Shown: positions 18,222-29,929 of the stretch, in pieces | How the letters are laid out: every line of letters begins with the position of its first letter | Numbering within the stretch: position 1 is the first letter of the stretch | Source of the DNA: a virus | IMG/VR virus record: IMGVR_UViG_3300031774_000005 | Span: 11,474 to 75,473 of that record | Length of the DNA: 64,000 nucleotides | Direction: 5' to 3' (one strand) | The notes under the pieces: generated by a model | The model's database searches: none | What the model was told of the DNA's origin: nothing | Seen by the model: the letters and a program-made list of their open reading frames with translations, nothing else | Made by a program: the position numbers and the translations under genes

Positions 18222-19361
18222 ATGTATGATATTTATGTAGGAAAGCAAAGAAGCATAGTGTTTCCCATTATGTGTAATGCTCATATAAATATTAGTTATG
18301 CAGATAACATTGTTGATTTTGCTAATAACAACGATACAACAGATGATGTTCCTTACGGTTTATGGGGTCATAGCGGGTCTTTTACTTATGAAGCACTATT
18401 TACTCCATATGATATTAATGGAATGGGTGCAGGTGGTTTAAGAGGTCGCACCGCCCAACAAACAAGCGATTTTATAATGCCTCAAGGGGGAACAGGAAAA
18501 ATAAGTGAACATTACTTACAACAAAGATACGGACACCCTATGGTTCTTTTTTATAATCCTAACTTTCAAATTTATCTTCAAAATACTACAACCAATAATA
18601 ATAACCAACCGGCTGAATATAAAATAGTCGTCTCTTTAAAAATAAATGGAGTTGTTCAATCTTTTGAGACAGGAACAGTTATTAGCGCAGTATCGGATAA
18701 AACTTGGTTAAAAGGTAATGTAAATAATAATAGCAACTTTTCAGGATTTGATGCTAATGGTAAATTAAAATATGAAAGCGTAGCGGCTTTAAGTTCCGGA
18801 TTTAGTGCAGGAGGAACAAGTTTAGCACTAACTATAAATGGCACAAGAACTGCTTCGCATTTCTTTGAAGGACAAAAATTATTTGTTAGAGACGGTTTCA
18901 ATTTTACTGAAATAGGAACAATAGCAAATGGTGGAATTGGTAATCTTAGTAATAGCAATATTACATTAACTATTCCTGCCTATAATGCTGATATTGCTAA
19001 TGGAAGCGAGATATATATTGAGCCTTTCAAAGAACCAAAGTATGTAAAAAACATGCATCATGTTGCCGTTGTATTTAATGCATTTAGTAATTCAGTGACT
19101 ATTTTTTACAATGCTAATTTAGCCCATTCATCTTCTCATAATACAAGTGGAACTTTTGAGTTTAGTAAGACAGATTGTTTGATTGGTAGGAATACTATTG
19201 ATGGAACAGTTTCAGCAACAAACTCTTATCAATATATGGGAGAAATACATGAAATGTCATTAGAAAAAGGAATAAAGAAAACTATATCTTACAGTAATAC
19301 TTTATTTCCGTTTTTTGATAATACTTTGATGTATCTAAGATTTGAAGAGGTTGATGAATAA
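18222..19361 (+). CDS. Tail protein with LamG/concanavalin-like domain
   Basis: HHVAVVFN..VTIFYN..LIGRN..YMGEIHEM. Confidence 0.65.
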   Translation: MYDIYVGKQRSIVFPIMCNAHINISYADNIVDFANNNDTTDDVPYGLWGHSGSFTYEALFTPYDINGMGAGGLRGRTAQQTSDFIMPQGGTGKISEHYLQQRYGHPMVLFYNPNFQIYLQNTTTNNNNQPAEYKIVVSLKINGVVQSFETGTVISAVSDKTWLKGNVNNNSNFSGFDANGKLKYESVAALSSGFSAGGTSLALTINGTRTASHFFEGQKLFVRDGFNFTEIGTIANGGIGNLSNSNITLTIPAYNADIANGSEIYIEPFKEPKYVKNMHHVAVVFNAFSNSVTIFYNANLAHSSSHNTSGTFEFSKTDCLIGRNTIDGTVSATNSYQYMGEIHEMSLEKGIKKTISYSNTLFPFFDNTLMYLRFEEVDE

Positions 19362-22300
19362 TGACAATAAGCATTGGCGGTGTTTCCTCTTCCTATAACA
19401 CAACTCCGAATAATTTTTATGATGTTCCTACTAACCCTCGTATTTATACTGCGGGATATAATTTTTCAGCCGAAGATAAATTATTTACAATAATATATGA
19501 AGATGGAAGCATATCTAATGATACAATGGAAAGACCTATTTCTTCCGGTAATATACATACTGAATATTCTAATTTACATAATACCGATGGTTTTTCAATT
19601 AGATGTTTTGATAGCCATTCAAATACAGGATTAGATTTATCAAGTATTAATTTAGCAAATAATGAATACTATGTATTAATAAATTCAGATAATATGCATT
19701 TGTATCACTTTGCTAAAATAACTAAAGTGGTAAGTGCTGATACTCAAGGAGATAAATTTGAATTTAGCCCAAGATTAGGTAATGAAGTGGCAAAAGGCGT
19801 TAAGTTTAAAGTTTTTAAAGGCCCATCTAATACTGATAAAATAGTTGCTATTTCAGCAGGAATAGACCAACAAATAGGAGATACAATCAACAATGTAGTA
19901 TCTATGTTTAACATAGCAAGACCCTTCTTTTATTTTTATAACGATAAATTGGATAAAAAGAATGAATTAAATCATAATACTAAATATATGTTAAGAATGG
20001 GCGACACAAATAGTAATGTAAATTCAATAACAATAAATACTCATAATTTTGCCTTTACTACTGTTGCCGACCATAGATATAAAATAATAGATTACAGCAA
20101 ATTTACTTATAATATTAAATTAGAAGATAAGTTGAAATTATTAGACGACCCTGATGCGGGAACAAGTAATGAAAGTAGCCTTCTTAATTCAACTTATACT
20201 ACAACAACTGATTATAATAATTGTTTTATTAATGCAAGAAGAGATGTTAATGACGACCCTTCTTCTTTAGATTTAACCGGCCCAAAAAGATATGTTTATT
20301 ATAATTTTTCACCCGAAGATAATAATAGAATGCCAATTGTTTATGAGTGTAATATTGCAGATTCATTTGACGCTAAGGCCGGTTATGCTTCTCTTAAATT
20401 AATTGATGGCACTAAAAATTTATCAAATAAAATTCTTAATAATGATAGGCTCATGGTTAATCAAAAATTAAGCGAAGAAGACTTGAATGATTGGGTTGAA
20501 GTTGGTGAAATTGAATCTAATGTAGGACTACTTTATACATTAAGGGCTGATGTAGAAAGACCTAATTTATATTTTAGTGCAGGTAATGAAGTGTTAATAG
20601 GAAATATGATATGTATTGTTGATAGTGTTTCTGCTACAAGTCCATATAACCGAATTACTTTAAACACGGCAAATGGAACTGACCCAAGAGGAAGATTAAA
20701 AACAGACTCGGAATTTACCAGCCGTGTTGGTTTAGTTTTTGCAGAAGGAACAAAAGTGTATAGAAGAAGATTAAATCCTGTTGATAACACCTTTTTTACT
20801 GAAACAAATATATCAGGAAATAAATTAGAAAAACTAAATGCAGTAATTATTTCTAATCAATACAAAAACTTTTATTGCCATATGGGCAGTTTTATATCAA
20901 ATGCTGATGAAGATTATGGCCTATTAACTTTAACTTTTGAAAATAACCTAATGGATAATGAAACGGCTTTACGGTATGTCTTTGGTGAAATTTTGTTAAA
21001 TTATCAAATATTCTTTGGGAAGGTTGAGTCTATAAATAAAACTTTAGAAAACCAACAAAGTATTTTTGAAGTGCAAGGAAGAAATACATTGTCTAAATTA
21101 GTTGATATTATTACTAACAAAGATACTTTATTTAGTGCTGATTTTATTACAACAGGGTTTAGTCCATATAATGATGTTTCTTTAGTTGGACAGGCCGTAT
21201 GGGGTAATATTGGTGGAGCAGGTGGAGCAACAAATATTAATTTTACAAGTGGAGTGACTTTATCCGAAGGCGACCACTTATGGTCGAGTAGTGGATATAT
21301 AGGGCAAGTTGTCGCAAGTGGTTCTAATATAACGAATTATACTGTCATTAACGGCATTTCTCATGAAAACGGGCCAACTACTAACGATAAAAATGTCTAT
21401 AAAGAAACAAATAAACATTATATTTTCGGAAAAGCGATGGCTTCTAATTCTTATACTAATTCAGTCACAAGTTTATCGGGAGCAAGTGATAAAGGTTTAT
21501 TTTTTAATGATGGTGTAAAACTTAGTGGCACAAAAATGAATAATTTGGTTGAATCAACACCATTAGTCGGTTCTGCCGAAGATACTCACATAAAGGCTCA
21601 GGGTTTTAACATTAGTAAGACTGAAAACCTGCTAAATGATTTACCATTTCAAGCGACCATTGATGGATTTACTGATGAAGTAATTAATACTTTGATTGAT
21701 TTTACAGTTATTGAAGTTAGCAAAGATAAATCATTAACAACTGTGAAACTTGCTCCTTATATGCCTTTAACTTTAGGAAGAGAGACAGTTAATTATTTAA
21801 ATTTTGAAGCACCTTCATTAGCAGGTTTAGGTAGTTTTAGCAGTTATGTTGAAACAGATGCGACAAATGGAAATAGACATATTCTATTAACTACGGAAAG
21901 TTTTGGGTATTCAGCCCAAATGAACTATTTATACTATTTACGAATTGGCGACCCTTTATTTTCTAACAATCAATTTATTGGTAGATTTACAGGCTATCAA
22001 ACAAGGCAAGTTTCTGCAAACAACAACATAGGAAATGTAGCAGACTCTACTCGTATTTTTGTTGATAGACCCGTAAGTTTAACTGCGGGAGATACAATAA
22101 GTTGTTTATCAGGATATGGAAATAAAAACATACCCTTGCATTTAGTAAATGGGGCGCACTTACACCTAAACAAAATGATAGGATTAATTGGACAAAGAGT
22201 AAATGGTAATACAAATAATGGAAGCATTAGAAAATACAATTTTAATTTAGACTACCAAACCACAAGTCAGCAAATAGGACAAAATACTTATACAACCGAA

Positions 22301-25300
22301 GTAGATAATATAAAAAGATACTCCGACCAATTTTACAGAATATTTAATTTAGAAAAAGGCCAAATAGGAGATAAAAAATACAATCTTGTTAATGTTCTTG
22401 AAGATACTATTGGAGGAAATTCTACACCCCTAAAGGGAATAAATAAGCCATTTTATTCTTTCTCTTCTATTTTTAATTATTATGCTGATACATATAATAA
22501 GCACCCTTTATGGGCAGTTTCAAATAGGATTGAAAGCATTAGTCTAACCGAGAACTCAAGCCCTGTATTGAATAGGTCTTTGCCAATTGGCCAAAGAGGG
22601 GTTAGACCAATCACCTATTCTAATTTTGCCGATAAAAAGTTTATTCCTCCCATATCTAAAAGTTTGATAGGAACAACTCAACAAACCTGCACAACTACTA
22701 ATGGAAGTCCTGATGTAGTTGTTCAAGATTCATCTAATTTAGTTGTTGGAATGACTGTTGGTGGAGTTGGTGTTCCTTTGAATGGAAATTTTGCCGCTAC
22801 TATTCAATCTATAAATGGTAATAATACAACAGAAATAACTTTAGATACCAATGCTAATGTTAGTGCCACTAACATTTTAGTTTTTATTAAACAATACAAG
22901 GTCAATACCAAAGACAACACTTATCAAGTTCTTTTACCAAATACTCCGAGTAATATATATGGACACAAGCCAAAAGCGGGTTCAGCAATAGAAAGCATAT
23001 TTAATCCTCTTTTGGTAAGGGATAAATTACACCAAATTGATAATAAAGCCGCAAGGTTGTTTTTATATGGTAATAGAGATATAGAATTTTACAGTTCAAG
23101 AAGAACGGATAGTTTATTAAATAGTGCCACAAGAACATTAAATCTTTATGGATTATTTTCTATTGATTCTCCAATTCAGTCTTCCCATTCAGTAAATAAA
23201 AACGACACTTATGGAAATACTGTTTCAAGTATTTATACTGACATAAGTTATAAACATTCTAATATTATTAGCAGTAATAAAACTTTATCTAATCTTAAAA
23301 GGTTTTCATTAATGAGACTAACTGAATGTGTTTATGATTCATTTTTTAATCCTATAAATCCTGAATTTGATGTTTTGGAGTCTGCTACCGTTGAATCAAC
23401 AGTTATTAATTCTATAAAAGTGCATGAAACGCCCGAAACTATAACTGCAATACCCGCTATTGGCAGTAATGATATTATTTTATCTTCGCCACCAGCAGTA
23501 GGGTTTGGCGTTAATGATTTTATTTATGACCGTTTAACTAATAAAATTGTAGGAAGAGTCACCGCAATAAATGGAGCAACAGTCACTTGTGGAGATGGTT
23601 TATTTTATACTCGTATAAATAACGGAGCAGGTGGCTCAACTGCAAATCAACACTATACTTCTACATCAGAAGTATTATCAGGATTTGCTTATGTTGCCGG
23701 AGATAATTTATTGTTTATTAAGAATGCAGATGTAATAAATCCCATAACTATTGGTGGAAGGGAAATTGGTTCAATACTGTATGAATATCCTATGGGTGTT
23801 AATAATTTTACAGATTTTAGATTTAAGGCAACTAATATTCATTTATTATATGGAACAATAATGAATCAAAACGACATATTTACAGGAAATAATGACCCTC
23901 TTGGACAAAGTAATGCAGATAACCGCATAACTCCCTCAACTTGGAGTGATTATTATATTGAACAATCAACACCTGCGGCAGATTTTCCAACAGACATGAG
24001 AACTATAAGAAAAACTACTATTTATGATAAGCAAAGCATATTACTTCCTTACGCCTTTTTTGGAGCAAATAATAACCACCCAACTAATGCTTCGGGAAGT
24101 CCTGCCCCTACAAATGCTTCCGCTTCCGACCCCGAAGGTTTTTGGAGAGTTGAAACAGTTGATGCTTCTTCTAATAATACTATTGAACATTGGGATTATT
24201 ATGGAGATTATTTGTATAATCAACAAGGTCAGCAATTAAATCGTTTATTTAGAGACATAAATGATTTCGATATAGTTTGGTTTTTAGATAGATTAGAATT
24301 TAAGCAGGGAGCAAAAACAGATGATAAGTTAGTGTCGTCAATAAAAGTTGTTAATCTTAAACCAATAGGAACAGAAAGCCAACAGGCCGATATTAATTCA
24401 CACATGGTAAGCCCATTTTGCACATATGCTTCATTAGGTTATGTATTTAGACACGGTGATGTTGCTATTAACACAGGGCGCAGTATTGTTTATCCAATGC
24501 TCGGAACTACTACGGATGCTGGATTTGGAATACCAACAGAATCAGCAGATAAAGAAGCAACTACTATAAGTGGATATATGGGTATTAAATTTCATTTAGA
24601 TATGACGAATCAACAAGGTCTGCCTATTTCTTCAACCGGAGCAAATACTAATTTTAATCATCCAATTATAATGAATGAAGAAAACACTTTTTTGAAAAAT
24701 GTTGATTTAACAGGTTGTTATCTTGTTCCCGTAGGAAAAGGAAAAAAATACAAACGAGGCGATGTTTCTTCATCTTCATCATTTTCTTCCGACCATGAAT
24801 TAATGCACAACGATAATGAACTAATATATGTGGTTGCTCATGAAAATGATATGACTACGGAAGGTAATTTATCTGCGCCAACGGGATTTGTTTATGGTAA
24901 TAGATGCCGTATTATAACAGATAAAGCATTATCGGCACTAAAGTATAAAATTCTACAACCTAATCCTGTTTGTTTTTGGGATAAAACACCAAAAGAAATA
25001 AAACTTAATACATTAAGTTCTGCATATACAAAAAACATGGATAATGAAAATATGATTTCCGAACCGCCTTCATGGAGTAATTATCTAAATTCCGAAGGAG
25101 ATGGAAATTCCTCTAAAGAAGGTGTTCAATCAATGTATGTAATAGCCGATTTAGATACTTTAGGAGGACAAGGTGATTTAGTGGTAAGAACAACTTCTGC
25201 TTTATCTGCTATTTTAAACAATTTAGAAGGTGAATTTTGTTTATCCGATGGAGATAATTCTTTAGTTTGTAATTTAAGAGGGATAGACCAAAACGATACT

Positions 25301-26326
25301 TTAGGATATTATTTAGAATTAGCAGAAATAAAAAAATTAAATGGAATTATTTCTGTTTCCGAAATATTTGAATTAATAGTTAATGGCGACATAGATGAAA
25401 AAGCAACAAGAGCAGTAATAGGCACAACTGTTGATATATGCAAGGAAATAGAGGAAAGTGTTGAAGAACTATTGATAGAAAATGATATTGATTTTGATTT
25501 AACAAAGGAAGATTATAAGTTATTCGCTTCGCCTGATTTTCAAGGAACTAATTTATTTAACTTACTTAATTATTTATTAAAATTAAAAGATAAAAAAATG
25601 GTTAATATAGCAGGTAAAATTAAAATAATAAACTATGATGATTCCGATTATCAGGCTAAATACTCTTTTGATGATAATGATATAGTAGAAATCCAATTAA
25701 CTAAATCTAATTTTAATTATTTTAATGAAGTAATAGTTTATGGAAGCAAGCATAAGGCTATTAGAAAAGACTTTAGAGAAATAAAGAAAAATGGAAAAAA
25801 GACATTAGAAATTTTTGAAGATAAATTAGGAACTAAAGAAGATGTAGAGAGAGAAGCACAAGAAAAATTGATTATGCATACTCAACTACAAGACCTAATT
25901 GAATGCAAACTACCTGTCTCTAAAGTAAAATGCTTGGATATAGGGGAAACCGTTATCATAGAATCTAAAGTGGCAGGTATAAAACCAAGACCTTTCTTGT
26001 TATTAGAGAAAATACAAACTTTTAGTGGGTTAGTCCAACTAAAATTAGGTAAATATATTAAGGGAATAGAAGACACCCTCGCTGATTTACTTCTTGATAA
26101 TAAGAAAACTAAATCATATATAAGAAAAAAGAACTTCAATGTTAATGAAAACGCTTTTGATTTCTTTGACAGTATGAAAATAAATGAAATGCACTTGTTG
26201 ATTAGAAAAAGGGAAACAGTAGGAAGCACTTTAGGAATGCAGACACCGTTAAATACAAACACAAGCCAACTTGGTTTTAATGGCGGAAGCACTACTTACA
26301 CTACTTTAAAGGAGGAAGATTTATGA
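19361..26326 (+). CDS. Very large tail tip/central spike or adhesin protein (2321 aa)
   Basis: N/T/S-rich beta composition; hub-like IFFGKVESI..VQGRN and C-terminal FNEVIVYG segments; tail module. Confidence 0.65.
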   Translation: MTISIGGVSSSYNTTPNNFYDVPTNPRIYTAGYNFSAEDKLFTIIYEDGSISNDTMERPISSGNIHTEYSNLHNTDGFSIRCFDSHSNTGLDLSSINLANNEYYVLINSDNMHLYHFAKITKVVSADTQGDKFEFSPRLGNEVAKGVKFKVFKGPSNTDKIVAISAGIDQQIGDTINNVVSMFNIARPFFYFYNDKLDKKNELNHNTKYMLRMGDTNSNVNSITINTHNFAFTTVADHRYKIIDYSKFTYNIKLEDKLKLLDDPDAGTSNESSLLNSTYTTTTDYNNCFINARRDVNDDPSSLDLTGPKRYVYYNFSPEDNNRMPIVYECNIADSFDAKAGYASLKLIDGTKNLSNKILNNDRLMVNQKLSEEDLNDWVEVGEIESNVGLLYTLRADVERPNLYFSAGNEVLIGNMICIVDSVSATSPYNRITLNTANGTDPRGRLKTDSEFTSRVGLVFAEGTKVYRRRLNPVDNTFFTETNISGNKLEKLNAVIISNQYKNFYCHMGSFISNADEDYGLLTLTFENNLMDNETALRYVFGEILLNYQIFFGKVESINKTLENQQSIFEVQGRNTLSKLVDIITNKDTLFSADFITTGFSPYNDVSLVGQAVWGNIGGAGGATNINFTSGVTLSEGDHLWSSSGYIGQVVASGSNITNYTVINGISHENGPTTNDKNVYKETNKHYIFGKAMASNSYTNSVTSLSGASDKGLFFNDGVKLSGTKMNNLVESTPLVGSAEDTHIKAQGFNISKTENLLNDLPFQATIDGFTDEVINTLIDFTVIEVSKDKSLTTVKLAPYMPLTLGRETVNYLNFEAPSLAGLGSFSSYVETDATNGNRHILLTTESFGYSAQMNYLYYLRIGDPLFSNNQFIGRFTGYQTRQVSANNNIGNVADSTRIFVDRPVSLTAGDTISCLSGYGNKNIPLHLVNGAHLHLNKMIGLIGQRVNGNTNNGSIRKYNFNLDYQTTSQQIGQNTYTTEVDNIKRYSDQFYRIFNLEKGQIGDKKYNLVNVLEDTIGGNSTPLKGINKPFYSFSSIFNYYADTYNKHPLWAVSNRIESISLTENSSPVLNRSLPIGQRGVRPITYSNFADKKFIPPISKSLIGTTQQTCTTTNGSPDVVVQDSSNLVVGMTVGGVGVPLNGNFAATIQSINGNNTTEITLDTNANVSATNILVFIKQYKVNTKDNTYQVLLPNTPSNIYGHKPKAGSAIESIFNPLLVRDKLHQIDNKAARLFLYGNRDIEFYSSRRTDSLLNSATRTLNLYGLFSIDSPIQSSHSVNKNDTYGNTVSSIYTDISYKHSNIISSNKTLSNLKRFSLMRLTECVYDSFFNPINPEFDVLESATVESTVINSIKVHETPETITAIPAIGSNDIILSSPPAVGFGVNDFIYDRLTNKIVGRVTAINGATVTCGDGLFYTRINNGAGGSTANQHYTSTSEVLSGFAYVAGDNLLFIKNADVINPITIGGREIGSILYEYPMGVNNFTDFRFKATNIHLLYGTIMNQNDIFTGNNDPLGQSNADNRITPSTWSDYYIEQSTPAADFPTDMRTIRKTTIYDKQSILLPYAFFGANNNHPTNASGSPAPTNASASDPEGFWRVETVDASSNNTIEHWDYYGDYLYNQQGQQLNRLFRDINDFDIVWFLDRLEFKQGAKTDDKLVSSIKVVNLKPIGTESQQADINSHMVSPFCTYASLGYVFRHGDVAINTGRSIVYPMLGTTTDAGFGIPTESADKEATTISGYMGIKFHLDMTNQQGLPISSTGANTNFNHPIIMNEENTFLKNVDLTGCYLVPVGKGKKYKRGDVSSSSSFSSDHELMHNDNELIYVVAHENDMTTEGNLSAPTGFVYGNRCRIITDKALSALKYKILQPNPVCFWDKTPKEIKLNTLSSAYTKNMDNENMISEPPSWSNYLNSEGDGNSSKEGVQSMYVIADLDTLGGQGDLVVRTTSALSAILNNLEGEFCLSDGDNSLVCNLRGIDQNDTLGYYLELAEIKKLNGIISVSEIFELIVNGDIDEKATRAVIGTTVDICKEIEESVEELLIENDIDFDLTKEDYKLFASPDFQGTNLFNLLNYLLKLKDKKMVNIAGKIKIINYDDSDYQAKYSFDDNDIVEIQLTKSNFNYFNEVIVYGSKHKAIRKDFREIKKNGKKTLEIFEDKLGTKEDVEREAQEKLIMHTQLQDLIECKLPVSKVKCLDIGETVIIESKVAGIKPRPFLLLEKIQTFSGLVQLKLGKYIKGIEDTLADLLLDNKKTKSYIRKKNFNVNENAFDFFDSMKINEMHLLIRKRETVGSTLGMQTPLNTNTSQLGFNGGSTTYTTLKEEDL

Positions 26327-26658
26327 TAACAGATAAACTAAAAGAAATATTAGCAACACGGATAAAAGACATTGTTGATGGAGGCAAGTTAGGATTGGGT
26401 GGAAATACTACAAGCCCCGTAGCACTTGACTTAGATGTGCCAATTACAGGAACGCCGACAATTAGTGTTGAAAAATCAAATGCTAATGTGGTTCAAATAA
26501 TGGTTGAGGAAGTCGGGTCTAATATAACAGGGAAACTGATAAGAGAGATGGCTTTTTTTGATGGAACAGATATGCTTGGCAGGGTCAATTTTGAAGCAGT
26601 TGGGCCATTTAGCGGAACAGAAAGAATACAGATTTTTTTAACAGTAGAGGTTGAGTAA
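26323..26658 (+). CDS. Small tail/baseplate protein
   Basis: IREMAFFDG..LGRVNF pattern typical of fibre-attachment proteins. Confidence 0.55.
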   Translation: MITDKLKEILATRIKDIVDGGKLGLGGNTTSPVALDLDVPITGTPTISVEKSNANVVQIMVEEVGSNITGKLIREMAFFDGTDMLGRVNFEAVGPFSGTERIQIFLTVEVE

Positions 26659-26659
26659 T

Positions 26660-28486
26660 ATGAGTAAAGCAATTAATAATCCAAATTTTATAGCCACAAA
26701 CGATAGTCCGGAGGGGTCTGCACCAATAACAGGACAGATACTTGATGGGTTTGATTTTCCACATACAGGATTAATCAAAGTATTTAATTTAGCATGTGCG
26801 GGAAGTTATGCTATTCGTGGTTTTAATGGAACAAATATTAACGCTACACAGGCTACATTTGCTGGCGGTGCTGTTTTCTTAAAAGGAACACTTACCCCAA
26901 TAAGTGGGCCTACAACAGTGACAATTTCCGGTAATTCACCTAAAACTCATCATTTACTCGTAGCAAGAGCAGGTGCGATAGTTTTAATTCAAGGAACTGT
27001 TGATAATGAAGTTCCTCCTTTTGTTGATGGAGATGTAATTATAGCCCTTCTAAAATATACAGGTAGCGACCCTATGCAAATACAATATTTAACTTTTAAT
27101 CAAACCTATAAATCTTTAAGCATTGGTAGATTAGATACCAATACAAATCAGTATTTAGAAGGACTTAGTATCAAATCCACGCCAAGCGGGAATAGTATAG
27201 GAGATATTATAATAGAATCTTTTGAACAGGATAAAGATATTGTTTTCAAAGTAAATGATGGAGGAAGCCCAAGTCAAGAAATTTTAAGAATTGATGCGAG
27301 CGATAAAGAGGTATATTTGGACAAGGGTTATCTTCATCTTAAAAGCGATGATGCCGGAGAAGCACCTAAACTTACCTTAGAAAACAGAAATAACGGAGTT
27401 GATGCAGGGGCTATTCATTTTCTTAAAGATGGAAGTTCACCCGCTAATAATGACAAAATAGGAACAATTATTTTTGAATCCGAAAGTGCGTTGAGTGCAG
27501 ACCATACTTATGCTGATATAATGGTATATTCAAAAGACACAACAAATAGTGCAGAACACGGAAGAATGAATTTTCGTATATCAAAAGCAGGTAGTTTGGT
27601 AAGTGCATTAGACATAAATGATGATGAAATAGTAGTTAATGAAACTTCAAAAGATATAAATTTTAGAGTTGAAAGCGACACTAACCAAAATATGTTTGTT
27701 GTTGATGCTTCAACTGATAGAATAGGAATAGGAACTGCAACACCTGTTGCGCCTCTTCATGTAATGACAAGTAATACAGATGAAACATTAAGGCTACAAT
27801 CCGATGACGCTACCGCTACAACTGCACCGGATTTAATATTTCATAGAAATTCTGCTTCTCCTGCGGCAAGTGATGGAATAGGCCACATTAAATTTTTAGG
27901 AAGAAATGCAGCCAATAATGCCGATATAATGTATGCGGCCATGTATGCAAGTATTAGAGACACAACTGCAAATAATGAAGATGGGTCACTTATATTTACT
28001 ACTGAAACTGCGGGTAATGATAAAAATAGGATGGCTATAATGCCAACGGAAGTTAATATTAATGATAATGGGGAAGCATTAAATTTTAGAGTTGAAAGCG
28101 ATAGTAATGTAAATATGTTATTTGTTGATGGAACAAATAATAAAGTTGGAATTGGAACTAATACTCCATCTGCAACATTAGAAGTTGCTACCGGAGGAAC
28201 TTTTAGAAGCCCAAGACTACCAATGGTTTCTGTTTCAGCCTCCACTACTTTAACAGAAGCAACTCACGCAGGAGCATATCTAAAATGTGCAGGAAATGTA
28301 ACTTTACCTGCTACTTCTTCCGATGGGGAACATTATACTATTTTAAACACAACAAATGGTAATATTACTGTTGGAAGAAATGGTAATAATATTAATGGCG
28401 CAGGTTCGGATGCTACGGTTTCTACTTTTAATGCGGTGACTTGTATTGCTATTGGTAGTAATGATTGGATTGTATTAGGAGTTTGA
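26660..28486 (+). CDS. Tail fibre protein with internal repeats
   Basis: Two NFRVESD..MxxVD..(R/K)xGIGT.TP...L[HE]V units. Confidence 0.75.
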   Translation: MSKAINNPNFIATNDSPEGSAPITGQILDGFDFPHTGLIKVFNLACAGSYAIRGFNGTNINATQATFAGGAVFLKGTLTPISGPTTVTISGNSPKTHHLLVARAGAIVLIQGTVDNEVPPFVDGDVIIALLKYTGSDPMQIQYLTFNQTYKSLSIGRLDTNTNQYLEGLSIKSTPSGNSIGDIIIESFEQDKDIVFKVNDGGSPSQEILRIDASDKEVYLDKGYLHLKSDDAGEAPKLTLENRNNGVDAGAIHFLKDGSSPANNDKIGTIIFESESALSADHTYADIMVYSKDTTNSAEHGRMNFRISKAGSLVSALDINDDEIVVNETSKDINFRVESDTNQNMFVVDASTDRIGIGTATPVAPLHVMTSNTDETLRLQSDDATATTAPDLIFHRNSASPAASDGIGHIKFLGRNAANNADIMYAAMYASIRDTTANNEDGSLIFTTETAGNDKNRMAIMPTEVNINDNGEALNFRVESDSNVNMLFVDGTNNKVGIGTNTPSATLEVATGGTFRSPRLPMVSVSASTTLTEATHAGAYLKCAGNVTLPATSSDGEHYTILNTTNGNITVGRNGNNINGAGSDATVSTFNAVTCIAIGSNDWIVLGV

Positions 28487-28491
28487 TTACT

Positions 28492-29298
28492 TTGTATAAC
28501 GCTATTGCGGGTTCTTGTGCTGAACAAGAGGCTAATGCGGGTGGTGGTGGTTCTCCACCTGCGGGAATTACTTTAAATCAAATTTATTTTTCCGATAGCG
28601 CAACAGGGGGAGCAAGTGCAGGTAATACTATTGAATTTTGGCAAAATAATATGTTTCTTCAAATTGGCACTCAACCTATTAACAGGTCATATGGTTCGGC
28701 ACAGTCAATAGCACAGTTATTAAGCACACCTACTGTTTCTGCATTATCAGCAACAGAAACAAAAAGTGCATATACTCTACCTGCAAGCACATTAATTTCT
28801 TTTATGAATCTTGCAGTCACAGGGCAAACAAGCCCATATACAAATAATAACGAACCAAGCCAAATACTCTTAAATATTGGTATGTTTTTACAAGCCCCTA
28901 ACGGATTAAATAGTATTACTCAATATGAACTTGATAATATGACGATAGGTTGGGGTGGAGTTATCTCACAATTTCCGTTTATAGCGAATAATACTCCTAA
29001 TTTTCCTCAACAAAATTCATTAGGACTTTCAACTGATTATCCATCAAATACTAATGTTAATTTTAATCCAGCAACAGGAAATAGCGGTGATTGGGGAATA
29101 CTCGGTAATTCGGGCGTATTAACCTTAAATTTTTCAGCCAATTATGCAATTGATTTAGTATATATATTTGATATTCGGGCAAGGGGAGCGAGTCCATCAG
29201 CAGGACAAACGGCAACTTTTAGATATAAAGCAATAGCAGTTAATGGCGCAGGAGCAACGGAAACTGCATATCACACAGTAGAAATAACATTAACATGA
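28492..29298 (+). CDS. Putative fibre-associated/receptor-binding protein
   Basis: Beta-rich with a Gly linker; probable TTG start after GGAG. Confidence 0.5.
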   Translation: MYNAIAGSCAEQEANAGGGGSPPAGITLNQIYFSDSATGGASAGNTIEFWQNNMFLQIGTQPINRSYGSAQSIAQLLSTPTVSALSATETKSAYTLPASTLISFMNLAVTGQTSPYTNNNEPSQILLNIGMFLQAPNGLNSITQYELDNMTIGWGGVISQFPFIANNTPNFPQQNSLGLSTDYPSNTNVNFNPATGNSGDWGILGNSGVLTLNFSANYAIDLVYIFDIRARGASPSAGQTATFRYKAIAVNGAGATETAYHTVEITLT

Positions 29299-29307
29299 GG
29301 CGATAAA

Positions 29308-29817
29308 ATGTTAGGAATAAATATACCCGAAGATGAAAAAGGCAATTGGAAAATAGAAGTGGATAATGGGGAATGTTCATTAGTTAAATTAAGCATTGGT
29401 AATTCTATTATGAAAGACAGTCAATGGGAATATGATACACATAAATGGCTTTGGGATAATGCTACGGGGGATATATTAGTAGCGGGTTTAGGAATAGGTT
29501 TTCTAAATAAAGAATTAATTGATAATCATAGTTTTAATTCAATTACTATTATAGAAAATTCACAAGATGTAATAGATATGGTTTGGCCTTATTGTGCAAA
29601 GGATAGTAGATTTACTTTAATTAAAGAAGATATAGAAACTTGGAATATCCCAGCAGGTTCACATTGGGATATTGGTTGGTTTGATTCTTGGATAGGAGAT
29701 AATCCATTGTCTTATAATGGCTATATGGCCGCTATGAAACATAAATATGACTCTTATTGTGATAAAATAGGTTTTTGGAATGTTAGTGGTGAATTACTTA
29801 ATCGCATTTTTCCTTAG
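29308..29817 (+). CDS. Class I SAM-dependent methyltransferase-like (spermidine-synthase-like) protein
   Basis: DILVAGLGIG (motif I), ITIIENSQDVI, WDIGWFDSW. Confidence 0.7.
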   Translation: MLGINIPEDEKGNWKIEVDNGECSLVKLSIGNSIMKDSQWEYDTHKWLWDNATGDILVAGLGIGFLNKELIDNHSFNSITIIENSQDVIDMVWPYCAKDSRFTLIKEDIETWNIPAGSHWDIGWFDSWIGDNPLSYNGYMAAMKHKYDSYCDKIGFWNVSGELLNRIFP

Positions 29818-29929
29818 TTTTATTTTTGGCTATTTTACTATGTCATTATTATTAAGCGATAATGAAAAAGTCGGAGTTATTTTTGTTCAAGAAAATGATT
29901 TTGATTTAGTCGAACAAGATTCAAAATAA
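29780..29929 (+). CDS. Small single-pass membrane protein (49 aa; not in the ORF track)
   Basis: MLVVNYLIAFFLSFIFGYFTMSLLL... Confidence 0.4.
   Translation: MLVVNYLIAFFLSFIFGYFTMSLLLSDNEKVGVIFVQENDFDLVEQDSK

Noticed and set aside
29308-29817. DNA methyltransferase of a restriction-modification system
   Set aside because: Lacks DPPY/NPPY or PC catalytic motifs; no cognate nuclease adjacent
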